The notes under the pieces were generated by a model. The model did no database searches. It was given only the letters and a program-made list of their open reading frames with translations, and was not told where the DNA came from. Made by a program: the position numbers and the translations under genes. A stretch of DNA of 64,000 nt from Desulfosudaceae bacterium (GTDB lineage: Bacteria; Desulfobacterota; Desulfobacteria; Desulfobacterales; Desulfosudaceae): assembly GCA_963674745.2 (NCBI GenBank), contig CAXXDV010000001.1:576001-640000 (forward strand), written 5' to 3'. Shown here one piece after another: positions 1 to 8,854 of this stretch. Position 1 is the stretch's first letter. Each line of letters starts with the position of its first letter.

Positions 1-72
1 TGCGAAATGGGGGAAAGATTTGGTTGTTAAATAGGGAAAGTTTTGCTATATAGCAGTTCGGGGAAAATAATT

Positions 73-2142
73 ATGAAAATCAGACCAGACACTTCTTTCC
101 AGCAGAACAGGCAAAACCATCTTGATGAAATCAAACTCCAGGCCGCATTAAATGAACTCTTTAAAAACGTTTCAGAACAAATTCCTGCGGATAAAATGAG
201 CTGGATCCAATTCCATTTTGACCTTAAGATGTTAGAGATAATCGCACAGTCCTCATACATGGGGGGGGAAGAAACCGGTTTCATCTACAACACCCCTGAA
301 GCGCTTATGCGTTTTTTTAACAGCGCCGACCTGCCTGAAATTCACATGATCAATCAGCCGGAAATGGACCCTTTCGGGAAAGAGCTGAGCAGGCGCGCCA
401 ACCTCTTTGACTGGTCATCCCTTATTATTTTTTTTAAAAATAATAAGGGTAATACATATGGATGTGTAATTATCACGGTGGATCAAAAAGAAAGGTACAC
501 GGCAGAATATGCCCGCCTGTTTATCTCCTTTAAACCGCGCCTTAAACGAATTCTGGATGACATCATTGCGGACAAACAAAACAAAATTCCTGCCCCGGCG
601 CAAAAAGAACCGGTAAAAGACAAAAATGAATTTTTCCGACAGGTCACCCGGCGACTATGCGGTAATCTTGATCTGCAAACCGGTGTTTACCAGTGTCTCC
701 AATATCTAAGTCGTTTTATGCCGGCTGATGCGCTTTTTGTCAGACAGTTGGAACCGGAATTTCAATCCGAACGTGTGCTTGCGGAAAGTTACGGCTTTTT
801 TCACCAACATACAGGGACCCTGATCCCCTGGCCTCCTGTAAACCGGGATCCTTCCGATCGCGGGAGGCTTCCGGGGATTCGCATTATCAATCGACCTGAA
901 GAATCTTCGGTTATGAAACTCTACACCCCGATATTCGGCAATGATATATGCTGTATCAGCATGCCACTTATCGACAAAGAAACGGTAATTGGTTTTGCCA
1001 TCGTTGGCCTGGAAGGAAGGGACCGCTACCGGGAAGGGCACATGGCGCTGTTCTCCCTGCTTCATGATCCGTTTGTCATGGCCCTTTCCAACAACATCAA
1101 ACACCGGGAAACGATCCGGCTGAAGAACATTATTGAAGAAAAAAGGAAAAACCTGAAGAAGGCGCTGAATTTTTCCGCTCCGGATACCATTATCGGTGAC
1201 AGTTTCGGCTTAAAGGGCGTCATACAAAAAGCCCGCCTTGTCGCAGGACAGGACAGCCCGGTACTGCTGTCCGGAGAAACCGGCTCGGGCAAGGAGCTCA
1301 TAGCCAATTATATCCACCGGAAATCCCCTCGAAAAGACGGCCCCTTCATCAAGGTCAATTGCGGGGCCATACCCGATACGCTGTTGGACAGTGAACTTTT
1401 CGGTCATGAAAAGGGGGCTTTTACCGGTGCCGGGAGCCGGAAAATGGGCCGTTTTGAAAGAGCCGACGGCGGAACGATTTTTCTGGATGAAATCGGAGAA
1501 CTGCCCCTTCAGGCCCAGGTCCGTCTGCTGCAGGTATTGCAAAATAAAACCATTGAACGCGTGGGCGGCACTGAAACCATACCCGTTGATGTCCGTGTCA
1601 TCGCCGCCACCCACCGCAACCTGGAAGAAATGGTTGCTTCCGGCCTGTTTCGGGAAGACCTGTGGTTCCGGCTGGACGTCTTTCCCATCCGGATCCCCCC
1701 CTTACGGTCAAGGAAAATGGATATTCCGGCCCTGGTAGATTATTTTATTGAAAAGAAATCGGTTGAACTGGGGCTTCACACCAGGCCACGCCTGTCTTCT
1801 GATGCAATGGACCGGTTGATTGCCTATGAATGGCCGGGAAATGTCCGTGAACTGGAGAATGTGATTGAAAGAGAGCTGATCCTGTATAAGGGCGAAACCC
1901 TCACGTTTCATAACAGCAACCCCCGGCAAAAAGATGCCGGCAGAACTGACTATGTTGTGGAAGAGGATGTAATTCTTCCCCTGGACGAGGTCTTTACAAT
2001 TTACGTCAAACAAGTTCTGCACCTGTGTGATGGAAAAATTAACGGCCCGGATGGTGCCGCGGCAAAGTTAAAGGTGAACCCCAGCACACTCCGCAGCCGG
2101 ATGAAGAAAATGAAAATTTCTTACGGCATGAACAGCAAATAA
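73..2142 (+). CDS. Sigma-54-dependent transcriptional activator (FhlA-like; tandem GAF-like domains, AAA+, HTH)
   Basis: Walker A GETGSGKE, GAFTGA, IFLDEIGE, WPGNVRELEN and C-terminal HTH (GAAAKLKVNPSTLRSRM). ATG at 73 chosen over the upstream TTG. Confidence 0.92.
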   Translation: MKIRPDTSFQQNRQNHLDEIKLQAALNELFKNVSEQIPADKMSWIQFHFDLKMLEIIAQSSYMGGEETGFIYNTPEALMRFFNSADLPEIHMINQPEMDPFGKELSRRANLFDWSSLIIFFKNNKGNTYGCVIITVDQKERYTAEYARLFISFKPRLKRILDDIIADKQNKIPAPAQKEPVKDKNEFFRQVTRRLCGNLDLQTGVYQCLQYLSRFMPADALFVRQLEPEFQSERVLAESYGFFHQHTGTLIPWPPVNRDPSDRGRLPGIRIINRPEESSVMKLYTPIFGNDICCISMPLIDKETVIGFAIVGLEGRDRYREGHMALFSLLHDPFVMALSNNIKHRETIRLKNIIEEKRKNLKKALNFSAPDTIIGDSFGLKGVIQKARLVAGQDSPVLLSGETGSGKELIANYIHRKSPRKDGPFIKVNCGAIPDTLLDSELFGHEKGAFTGAGSRKMGRFERADGGTIFLDEIGELPLQAQVRLLQVLQNKTIERVGGTETIPVDVRVIAATHRNLEEMVASGLFREDLWFRLDVFPIRIPPLRSRKMDIPALVDYFIEKKSVELGLHTRPRLSSDAMDRLIAYEWPGNVRELENVIERELILYKGETLTFHNSNPRQKDAGRTDYVVEEDVILPLDEVFTIYVKQVLHLCDGKINGPDGAAAKLKVNPSTLRSRMKKMKISYGMNSK

Positions 2143-2163
2143 CACCATACTCGAAACGCGCTG

Positions 2164-4239
2164 ATGAAAACCGATTCGGACATTATCTTTAGCCGAGTAA
2201 AAGACTGTGTTGATTCAGACGGGGATATCTACAAGACCCTGGATACCTACTATAAATATCTTCATGAATTTGTGCCGGCTGACCGGATCAGTCTGGTCCG
2301 GTTTGATTTTGAGCAGGAATGTGCGCAAATATTCGCCCAGACAACCGGAACAGGAAGTGAAAAAACAAATTTTTCTTACGCTATCCCGAAAAAAATTCTT
2401 GAACTGTTAAAAACAGGCGCCTTGCCCGAAATATATATTATCAATGACCCGGAAAAAGACCCGCTCGGAAAAAATTTAATCGAGAGGACAGAGACCTCTG
2501 ACTGGTCCATGGCTTTCATGGCGATTAAGGAAAAGGCTGTCGTTAACAGGGCAATAATTTTTTCTGCCAACACCCGGAACAGATTCACGGAAAAGCATGC
2601 CGACACACTTAAAAACTTCTATGATGAACATAAGTGGCTGCTTGACACCATCAGTGATAAATACGGAAATGTCTTGAATGTTTCCCCTGAAAAAGAACCG
2701 GTTGAAGACGAACATGAATTTTTTCGTGAGGGCACACGGCGATTATGCGGCCATCTTGATCTAGAGACCGGGGTTTTACACTGTCTCCAGTATATCAGCC
2801 GTTTTTTACCCGCCAATGCACTTTCGGTAAGCGAGATAGCGCCGGATATAAAAGCCGATCTGGCAGTGGTTCGATGGACAGGTTTGTTTTATCACCGCGG
2901 CGGTGCGATCTTACCATGGAACCTGGAAAAGAAGAGCCTTGCCGAGATGATGGCTGTTCCCCAGGTCATCATCACCAATCAGCCCGAGCAGGATCCGCTG
3001 GTAAGAGACTATGTAGAAAGATTGGGCTCCGACTGGTCTGCGATTTCCATGCTGCTTTTTCATAACGAAAAACCGGTCGGTGTCGCTTCTCTCAGCCTGG
3101 AGGGAAGGAACCAGTATAATGAAAACCACATGGCGCTCTTTTCAATGCTGCATGATCCGTTTGCCATTGCCCTTTCAAACAACATCAAACATCGGGAAGT
3201 CATCCGGCTGAAAAATATGATCGAACAGGACACGAAAAAAATTCAGGAAGAAATAAATGTCTCCACGGAGACTACCATTGTCGGCGGCACTTCAGGTTTA
3301 AAGGGGGTCATGGGCAGTGCCAGGGTTATCGCCCGCCGGGAGAGCCCGGTTCTGCTGTCCGGTGAAACCGGCGTGGGAAAGGAAATCATCGCCGGTTTCA
3401 TACACCAGCAATCTTCGCGAAGAGACGGCCCCTTCGTCAAAGTCAATTGCGGTGCCATACCGGATACGCTCATTGACAGCGAGCTGTTCGGCCACGAAAA
3501 GGGGGCTTTTACCGGCGCGGACACACGGAAAAAGGGCCGCTTTGAAAGGGCCGACGGAGGGACGATCCTTCTGGATGAAGTCGCGGAACTGCCCCTTCCA
3601 GCCCAGGTCCGCTTGCTGCGGGTCCTGCAGAATAAAGTCATCGAACGGGTGGGCGGAACAGAACCCATACCCGTTAATATCCGCATTGTCGCCGCCACCC
3701 AATGTAACCTGGAAGAACAGGTCGCTTCCGGCAGGTTCCGGGAAGACCTTTGGTTCCGCCTGAATGTGTTTCCCATCCACATCCCCCCCCTGCGATCAAG
3801 GCGGTCGGATATTCCGGCCCTTATGGCCCATTTCATTGAAAAAAAAATTCGTGAAATGAATCTCGATATCGAGCCGGATTTGTCTCCGGATGCAATGGAA
3901 CGGCTGATCGCCTATGACTGGCCGGGGAATGTACGCGAACTGGAGAATGTGATAGAAAGGGAACTGATCTTGAAAAAGGGCGAAGCGCTTACATTTGAGA
4001 ACCTGATCCCCACAGGCTCCAAAAAGGCCTCCCTTGAAATGGTGATGACGAAAGAAGATGTCTTGCCGCTGGATGAAATCTATACCCGTCACATCGAAAA
4101 AGCTCTGGAGATGACAGGCGGCAAAATCAACGGTTCGGGCGGTGCGGCCGAAAAACTGAAAATTCATCCCAGCGCCCTCCGCAAAAGAATGGACAAACTG
4201 GGAATTTCCTACGGCTGGAAAAGAAAGAAAATCGTTTGA
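2164..4239 (+). CDS. Sigma-54-dependent transcriptional activator, tandem paralogue of 73..2142
   Basis: GETGVGKE, GAFTGA, LLDEVAE, WPGNVRELEN, HTH. Collinear with the upstream gene. Confidence 0.92.
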   Translation: MKTDSDIIFSRVKDCVDSDGDIYKTLDTYYKYLHEFVPADRISLVRFDFEQECAQIFAQTTGTGSEKTNFSYAIPKKILELLKTGALPEIYIINDPEKDPLGKNLIERTETSDWSMAFMAIKEKAVVNRAIIFSANTRNRFTEKHADTLKNFYDEHKWLLDTISDKYGNVLNVSPEKEPVEDEHEFFREGTRRLCGHLDLETGVLHCLQYISRFLPANALSVSEIAPDIKADLAVVRWTGLFYHRGGAILPWNLEKKSLAEMMAVPQVIITNQPEQDPLVRDYVERLGSDWSAISMLLFHNEKPVGVASLSLEGRNQYNENHMALFSMLHDPFAIALSNNIKHREVIRLKNMIEQDTKKIQEEINVSTETTIVGGTSGLKGVMGSARVIARRESPVLLSGETGVGKEIIAGFIHQQSSRRDGPFVKVNCGAIPDTLIDSELFGHEKGAFTGADTRKKGRFERADGGTILLDEVAELPLPAQVRLLRVLQNKVIERVGGTEPIPVNIRIVAATQCNLEEQVASGRFREDLWFRLNVFPIHIPPLRSRRSDIPALMAHFIEKKIREMNLDIEPDLSPDAMERLIAYDWPGNVRELENVIERELILKKGEALTFENLIPTGSKKASLEMVMTKEDVLPLDEIYTRHIEKALEMTGGKINGSGGAAEKLKIHPSALRKRMDKLGISYGWKRKKIV

Positions 4240-4604
4240 ACACAATAAATTGAAATACTTATAGGCTCTTTTCTACAGCATGTAAGTTCGGGGGGCTACC
4301 CCTGATTACCTGACCGCAGGGCGCCCTTTACCGCCAGGCCAGGACGCTTTAATGTGTAAAGTTTTTTAACATATGCCCCCGCTCCCATATCCAGGGTTTC
4401 TTTAACACCCTCCGTAATACGTGTCAATTTTTTCACCCCCCTGTTGCCTGACATACCTGATGAATGGATCTGGGGATTTGCAAAACTGAAAAAGCGAAAG
4501 AGGTTCCTGGAGTGGTCGAACAGTTCAAAACTAATTTGTACAGCGACTGTTTTGATGGTATTATAATAAATATTTTAATGTTTTTTTTTGAGAAAGGCAG
4601 ACTT

Positions 4605-5162
4605 ATGAGCAAAGCGAAAGTGACCCAGGTCAAAGGAAGCATGTTGGTCACGTTTGTCAAGGCGATCAAAGCGGATAAAACAGGTGCCTGCATAAAGCGT
4701 CTCACGGATGAGGACAAAAAAATTGTTTCATCGCTGATACTGGCGACCAAATGGTATCCCTTTGAAACATATAAAAACTGCTTTAAAGCGGTTTGTCAGG
4801 TTAATGCCAAAAACAATGCGGAAGTACTGCGACAATGGGGGCGATTGGCCGGCGAAGAAACAATGACCAACATTTACAAGACCGTTTTAAACAGAACAGA
4901 TGCGGATTCGGCGCTAAACGCTTTTCAGCAGGTCGTTAAAAATGTGTATGATTCCATCAAAATTGAAAAAACAATGGTGTCCGACAATGAAATCATGATC
5001 AAAATAACCGATTTTGATCCGGATTTTCAAGAGTGGTACCTTATCGGGCTGGGATGGATAGAACGGACTTTAGAACTGGTGATCAAAAAAGAAGTTAAAT
5101 CTCAAATCGTCGAACGGTCATGGTTGGGCGCCCCCGCTACTGTCTTTAAAATGCGCTGGTAG
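4605..5162 (+). CDS. Hypothetical protein, possibly DUF2378/V4R/H-NOX-like ligand-binding fold
   Basis: ATG after AGAAAGG. The KGSML, KWYP, GWIERTLEL and terminal VFKMRW pattern resembles that family; family call is tentative. Confidence 0.6.
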   Translation: MSKAKVTQVKGSMLVTFVKAIKADKTGACIKRLTDEDKKIVSSLILATKWYPFETYKNCFKAVCQVNAKNNAEVLRQWGRLAGEETMTNIYKTVLNRTDADSALNAFQQVVKNVYDSIKIEKTMVSDNEIMIKITDFDPDFQEWYLIGLGWIERTLELVIKKEVKSQIVERSWLGAPATVFKMRW

Positions 5163-5175
5163 TGTGGTAAGCGGC

Positions 5176-6426
5176 CTATTTCTCCCGCCAGATAGCGGCA
5201 CCCAGAGCTGCAAATTTTTCTTCCAAAGATTCATACCCCCGGTCCAGGTGGTATACGCGGTTGATTTCGGTTTTACCGGTAGCCACCAATCCGGCCAGCA
5301 CCAGCGAAGCGCTGGCCCGCAGGTCCGATGCCATGACCGGCGCCCCGGACAGATGGTCCACACCGGTGATCAGGGCCGAATTGCCGGTAACGGCGACGTT
5401 TGCGCCCATACGTCGCAATTCACTGACATGGATAAACCGGTTTTCAAAAATAGTTTCCGTAATAACAGACAGCCCCGTTGCCACCGACATCAACACCATG
5501 AACTGGGCCTGCATGTCCGTGGGAAAACCCGGATAGGGCAGTGTTTTGATGTCCACGCTGGCGATGGTGCCTGTGCCGACGATTCGGATGGTATGATCCG
5601 TAACGGTCAAGTCGGCACCGGTCTGACGGAACTTGTTGATCTGGCCGGCCATGTGATCCGGGCGACAGTGCGTCAACGTCAGGTCACCACCGGTCAGGGC
5701 CGCCGCCGCCATGAAGGTGCCGGTTTCAATACGGTCCGGGATAATGGCTGTTGAAACCGGGGATAAGGCGGGCACCCCGGTAATGGTAATATCCGAGGTA
5801 CCGGCACCTTTGATATCCGCGCCCATCTGGTTAAGGACATCCGCCAGCGCTATTATTTCCGGTTCTCTGGCGGCGTTACGCAGGATGGTGACACCTTCGG
5901 CAAGAGCCGCCGCCATCATCAGGTTTTCCGTGCCGGTCACGGTGGGGATATCGAAGTATATGGTGTTGCCGGTCAGCTGATCGGCCGTCACATCGACATA
6001 ACCGTGCTCCAGGTGGATATCGGCGCCCAGTGCCTCCATTCCTTTTAAATGAAAATTAATGGGGCGGGCGCCGATGGCGCACCCCCCGGGCAGCGATACC
6101 CGCGCTTTTCCCAGCCTGGCTACCAGGGGCCCCAGAACCAGGATCGACGCCCGCATCTTGCGCACAAGTTCATAGGATGCTTCATGGTTATTAATGCCTG
6201 AGCCATCAACGCGGACGGTATGATCTGAAAAATCCGCCGTCGCACCGAGTTGAACCAGCAGGTCGATAAAGCTGTGCACATCCTTCAAGTCGGGCACATT
6301 TTCAAAAACACATTCCCCGTCGGTTAATATCGCCGCCGCCAGGATCGGCAGGGCAGCGTTTTTGGCGCCGCCGATCCGGACCTCACCGGCAAGTCGCCGT
6401 CCGCCTTCGACGATAATTTTATCCAT
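5176..6426 (-). CDS. murA: UDP-N-acetylglucosamine 1-carboxyvinyltransferase
   Basis: [19 protein letters not shown] (catalytic Cys), [25 protein letters not shown]. Confidence 0.98.
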   Translation of the reverse strand: MDKIIVEGGRRLAGEVRIGGAKNAALPILAAAILTDGECVFENVPDLKDVHSFIDLLVQLGATADFSDHTVRVDGSGINNHEASYELVRKMRASILVLGPLVARLGKARVSLPGGCAIGARPINFHLKGMEALGADIHLEHGYVDVTADQLTGNTIYFDIPTVTGTENLMMAAALAEGVTILRNAAREPEIIALADVLNQMGADIKGAGTSDITITGVPALSPVSTAIIPDRIETGTFMAAAALTGGDLTLTHCRPDHMAGQINKFRQTGADLTVTDHTIRIVGTGTIASVDIKTLPYPGFPTDMQAQFMVLMSVATGLSVITETIFENRFIHVSELRRMGANVAVTGNSALITGVDHLSGAPVMASDLRASASLVLAGLVATGKTEINRVYHLDRGYESLEEKFAALGAAIWREK

Positions 6427-6446
6427 CTACCACCCCGTAATCCCAT

Positions 6447-6480
6447 AAAAAAAGCGCCTTGGCACTAAAGGCAAGGCGCT
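6447..6480 (-). terminator. Intrinsic terminator closing the qrc operon
   Basis: AGCGCCTTG...CAAGGCGCT stem followed by a T run on the minus strand. Confidence 0.75.
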
Positions 6481-6531
6481 CTTAAACGATTTTAAGAATC
6501 GTGCATCAACCCGGATTATTCTGCACCCGGC

Positions 6532-6702
6532 TTAGTGATGATCACCGTGATGGTCATCATCATCGCTTTTGAAGGTGTCATATAGCGACTTCAATATGCA
6601 GTATCCCATGCCCATGCCCAGAATCGACAGGGCATACCAGAGGCCGCCGTGAAAAACCAGATGCGCCGTATCCCAGTGCCATTCAAAAACAAACGGAAAC
6701 AT
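6532..6702 (-). CDS. 56-aa single-TM membrane protein downstream of qrcD (candidate small Qrc subunit)
   Basis: Manual translation MFPFVFEWHWDTAHLVFHGGLWYALSILGMGMGYCILKSLYDTFKSDDDDHHGDHH. AAGGAG SD; lies before the terminator; below the ORF-track cutoff. Confidence 0.8.
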   Translation of the reverse strand: MFPFVFEWHWDTAHLVFHGGLWYALSILGMGMGYCILKSLYDTFKSDDDDHHGDHH

Positions 6703-6732
6703 GTGTCACTCCTTTATCTTCAAATCCGGTGT

Positions 6733-7974
6733 TTACCGGGTAAATGTGTTCAGTTCTTTTTCCTGCGGAAAAATCGGCAGATAACGATGCGCGACCATAA
6801 TCAACAGGACGCCGTAAGCCACCGGCAGAATGGTCGTGGCCACTTCCTGCCAGCTGGGGATATACAGCACCCAGTTGTCAAAAGGCATGACCGGAACGGC
6901 CATGACCTGCAGCACCATGACCCAGCGATTAATGGATATGCCAACGCAGGCAAGTACGGCCGCAAGCACCAGCCATTTCGAGTTGCTGCGCAATTTTCCG
7001 TTGATCAGAATCAGGGCCGGGACCACACCGCCGACAACGATTTCCGCGATCAGAATCGGATACCCGTAAAAGGCGTTGTTGCTGTAAAACTCACCCAGGG
7101 CAAAACCGCCGGCCGGAGCCGTTACCTGTGCCCAGTAAATGGTATCAATAATTTTGGCGATGATATAGGTCAGGATCATCCACCCGGAAATCTTGGCCAG
7201 GGTATTGATGGCCTTATCGCCGACCAGTTTCTTGCCGGAAATCTTTTCGGTAATTTTGGTAACCAGGATGGTGAAACAAGGCCCGCAGGCGGCAGCCGAC
7301 CAGGTAAACAGGAAAAAGGTGGAGGGCCAGACCAGCAGGCTTTCCCTGAAGCCAAAGGGGCGACCGTAAAGTACACCGGCCACACCGCCCAGAGAGCCCT
7401 GATGGAAAAAGGAAAGGAACGCGCCCGTGGCCGCGAACACCGCCATGATTTCATGCATGTTGTGACTGAGGTGATGAAAAAAGGAAACTTTGTTTAACTG
7501 ACGCTGCTCCAGAATCAACGGCACGAATTCAATGGTCAGCACGGCAAAATAGCAGGACAGGCAGAAAGCCACTTCCGTCAGCATGGAATGGACATTGGCA
7601 TGCCAGAAAATAAACCAGCCCCGGAGAGGCTGGCCGATATCAATGGCCAGGATCAGCAGCGCCGAGCTGTAGCAGATGAAACCGATCACCACCGCGAAAT
7701 TGATGATGTTCTTGAGTTCATCCTTGCCGACCAGATACTTGAGAAGACCGGAAAAGAACGCACCACCGCCCAGGGCGATAACAGCCAGGTCCGCCCAGAT
7801 CCACAACGCGAACCCGTAATAATCGTTCATGTTGGTCTGGTTAAGTCCCTTGATCCAGCACAGGAACATGGCATAAACGCCCCATAACAGTACCGCTCCC
7901 ACGGCCAGCACGGCGAGAATAAACACCGGCAGGGGGCAGCGCTTCACTCCTTCGGGTATCAATGCGGAATCCAT
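6733..7974 (-). CDS. qrcD: Menaquinone reductase integral membrane subunit (NrfD/PsrC family)
   Basis: Polytopic; DIGQPLRGWFIFWHANVHSMLTEV, FFHQGSLGG; operon context. Confidence 0.92.
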   Translation of the reverse strand: MDSALIPEGVKRCPLPVFILAVLAVGAVLLWGVYAMFLCWIKGLNQTNMNDYYGFALWIWADLAVIALGGGAFFSGLLKYLVGKDELKNIINFAVVIGFICYSSALLILAIDIGQPLRGWFIFWHANVHSMLTEVAFCLSCYFAVLTIEFVPLILEQRQLNKVSFFHHLSHNMHEIMAVFAATGAFLSFFHQGSLGGVAGVLYGRPFGFRESLLVWPSTFFLFTWSAAACGPCFTILVTKITEKISGKKLVGDKAINTLAKISGWMILTYIIAKIIDTIYWAQVTAPAGGFALGEFYSNNAFYGYPILIAEIVVGGVVPALILINGKLRSNSKWLVLAAVLACVGISINRWVMVLQVMAVPVMPFDNWVLYIPSWQEVATTILPVAYGVLLIMVAHRYLPIFPQEKELNTFTR

Positions 7975-8016
7975 AAACAAAAGCTCCCAAAAATATGATT
8001 AACTGTTTCTTATAAA

Positions 8017-8820
8017 TTAGTGTTTTCCGGGTTTGCCTTCACCGGCGACATAATTATCGCCCTTCCGGCGTACCCATTCCTTACTGGACTTGTAATAAAC
8101 CTTGGGATTGGTACCGAGTCGCTCCAGCAGCCGGAAGACCTGCGGATTTTTAGGCCTGCCGCCATGATGATGATCCGGCTGGGCGATTTTTGTTACGGCA
8201 TGGTCCTCGTTATTCAAATCCCCGAATATGATAGCGCCTGCCGGACAGGCCTGGGTGCAGGCGGTCTGATACTCTTCTTCTTCAAGCGTGTCCCTGTTTT
8301 CCACATAAGCCCGTTCCATGGCCGACTGATACCGATGGAAACAGAAAGTACATTTTTCCACCACGCCTCGCATGCGGGGTGACACATTGGGACTCAGGGA
8401 TTTTTTCATGCCTTCCGGCCAGACCGGATCCCACCAGTTGAAGTACCGGGCATGGTAGGGACAGGCCGCCATACAGTACCGGCACCCGAAGCACCGGGTC
8501 GGGATCTGGCTGACAATACCGGTGGTGTGATCGTAATCCGTGGCGACGGCCGGGCAGACCGACACACAGGGTGAATGCCCGTGTTCGCCTTCGCATTGCA
8601 TACAGGGCCTGGGCAGATAACAGATTTCCGCATCCGGAAAGGGTTTGCCGTTGGTCAACTTGTAAACACGCATCCAGGTGATGCTGTCGAGTTTATTGGA
8701 CTCGTCCACTTTAAACGGCACATTATTTTCCGACATACAGGCCACCATGCAGGAGCCGCAGCCTGTGCATTTGTCCAGGTCTATGACCATTCCGAATTTT
8801 TTACTGTGGTTCTGATTCAT
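8017..8820 (-). CDS. qrcC: Menaquinone reductase Fe-S subunit (NrfC/DmsB-like)
   Basis: CTGCGSCMVAC, PCMQC..PCVSVCP, CFGCRYCMAACPY, KCTFC..CTQACP. GAGG SD before ATG 8820. Confidence 0.93.
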   Translation of the reverse strand: MNQNHSKKFGMVIDLDKCTGCGSCMVACMSENNVPFKVDESNKLDSITWMRVYKLTNGKPFPDAEICYLPRPCMQCEGEHGHSPCVSVCPAVATDYDHTTGIVSQIPTRCFGCRYCMAACPYHARYFNWWDPVWPEGMKKSLSPNVSPRMRGVVEKCTFCFHRYQSAMERAYVENRDTLEEEEYQTACTQACPAGAIIFGDLNNEDHAVTKIAQPDHHHGGRPKNPQVFRLLERLGTNPKVYYKSSKEWVRRKGDNYVAGEGKPGKH

Positions 8821-8854
8821 CAAAAACCTCATCTATAGATTACGCTTCGGGGTT

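Noticed and set aside
6459..6476. TTGGCAC as a sigma-54 -24 box
   Set aside because: No TTGC at -12; it is part of the terminator hairpin.
6649..7497. 282-aa ORF on the + strand
   Set aside because: Antisense to qrcD.
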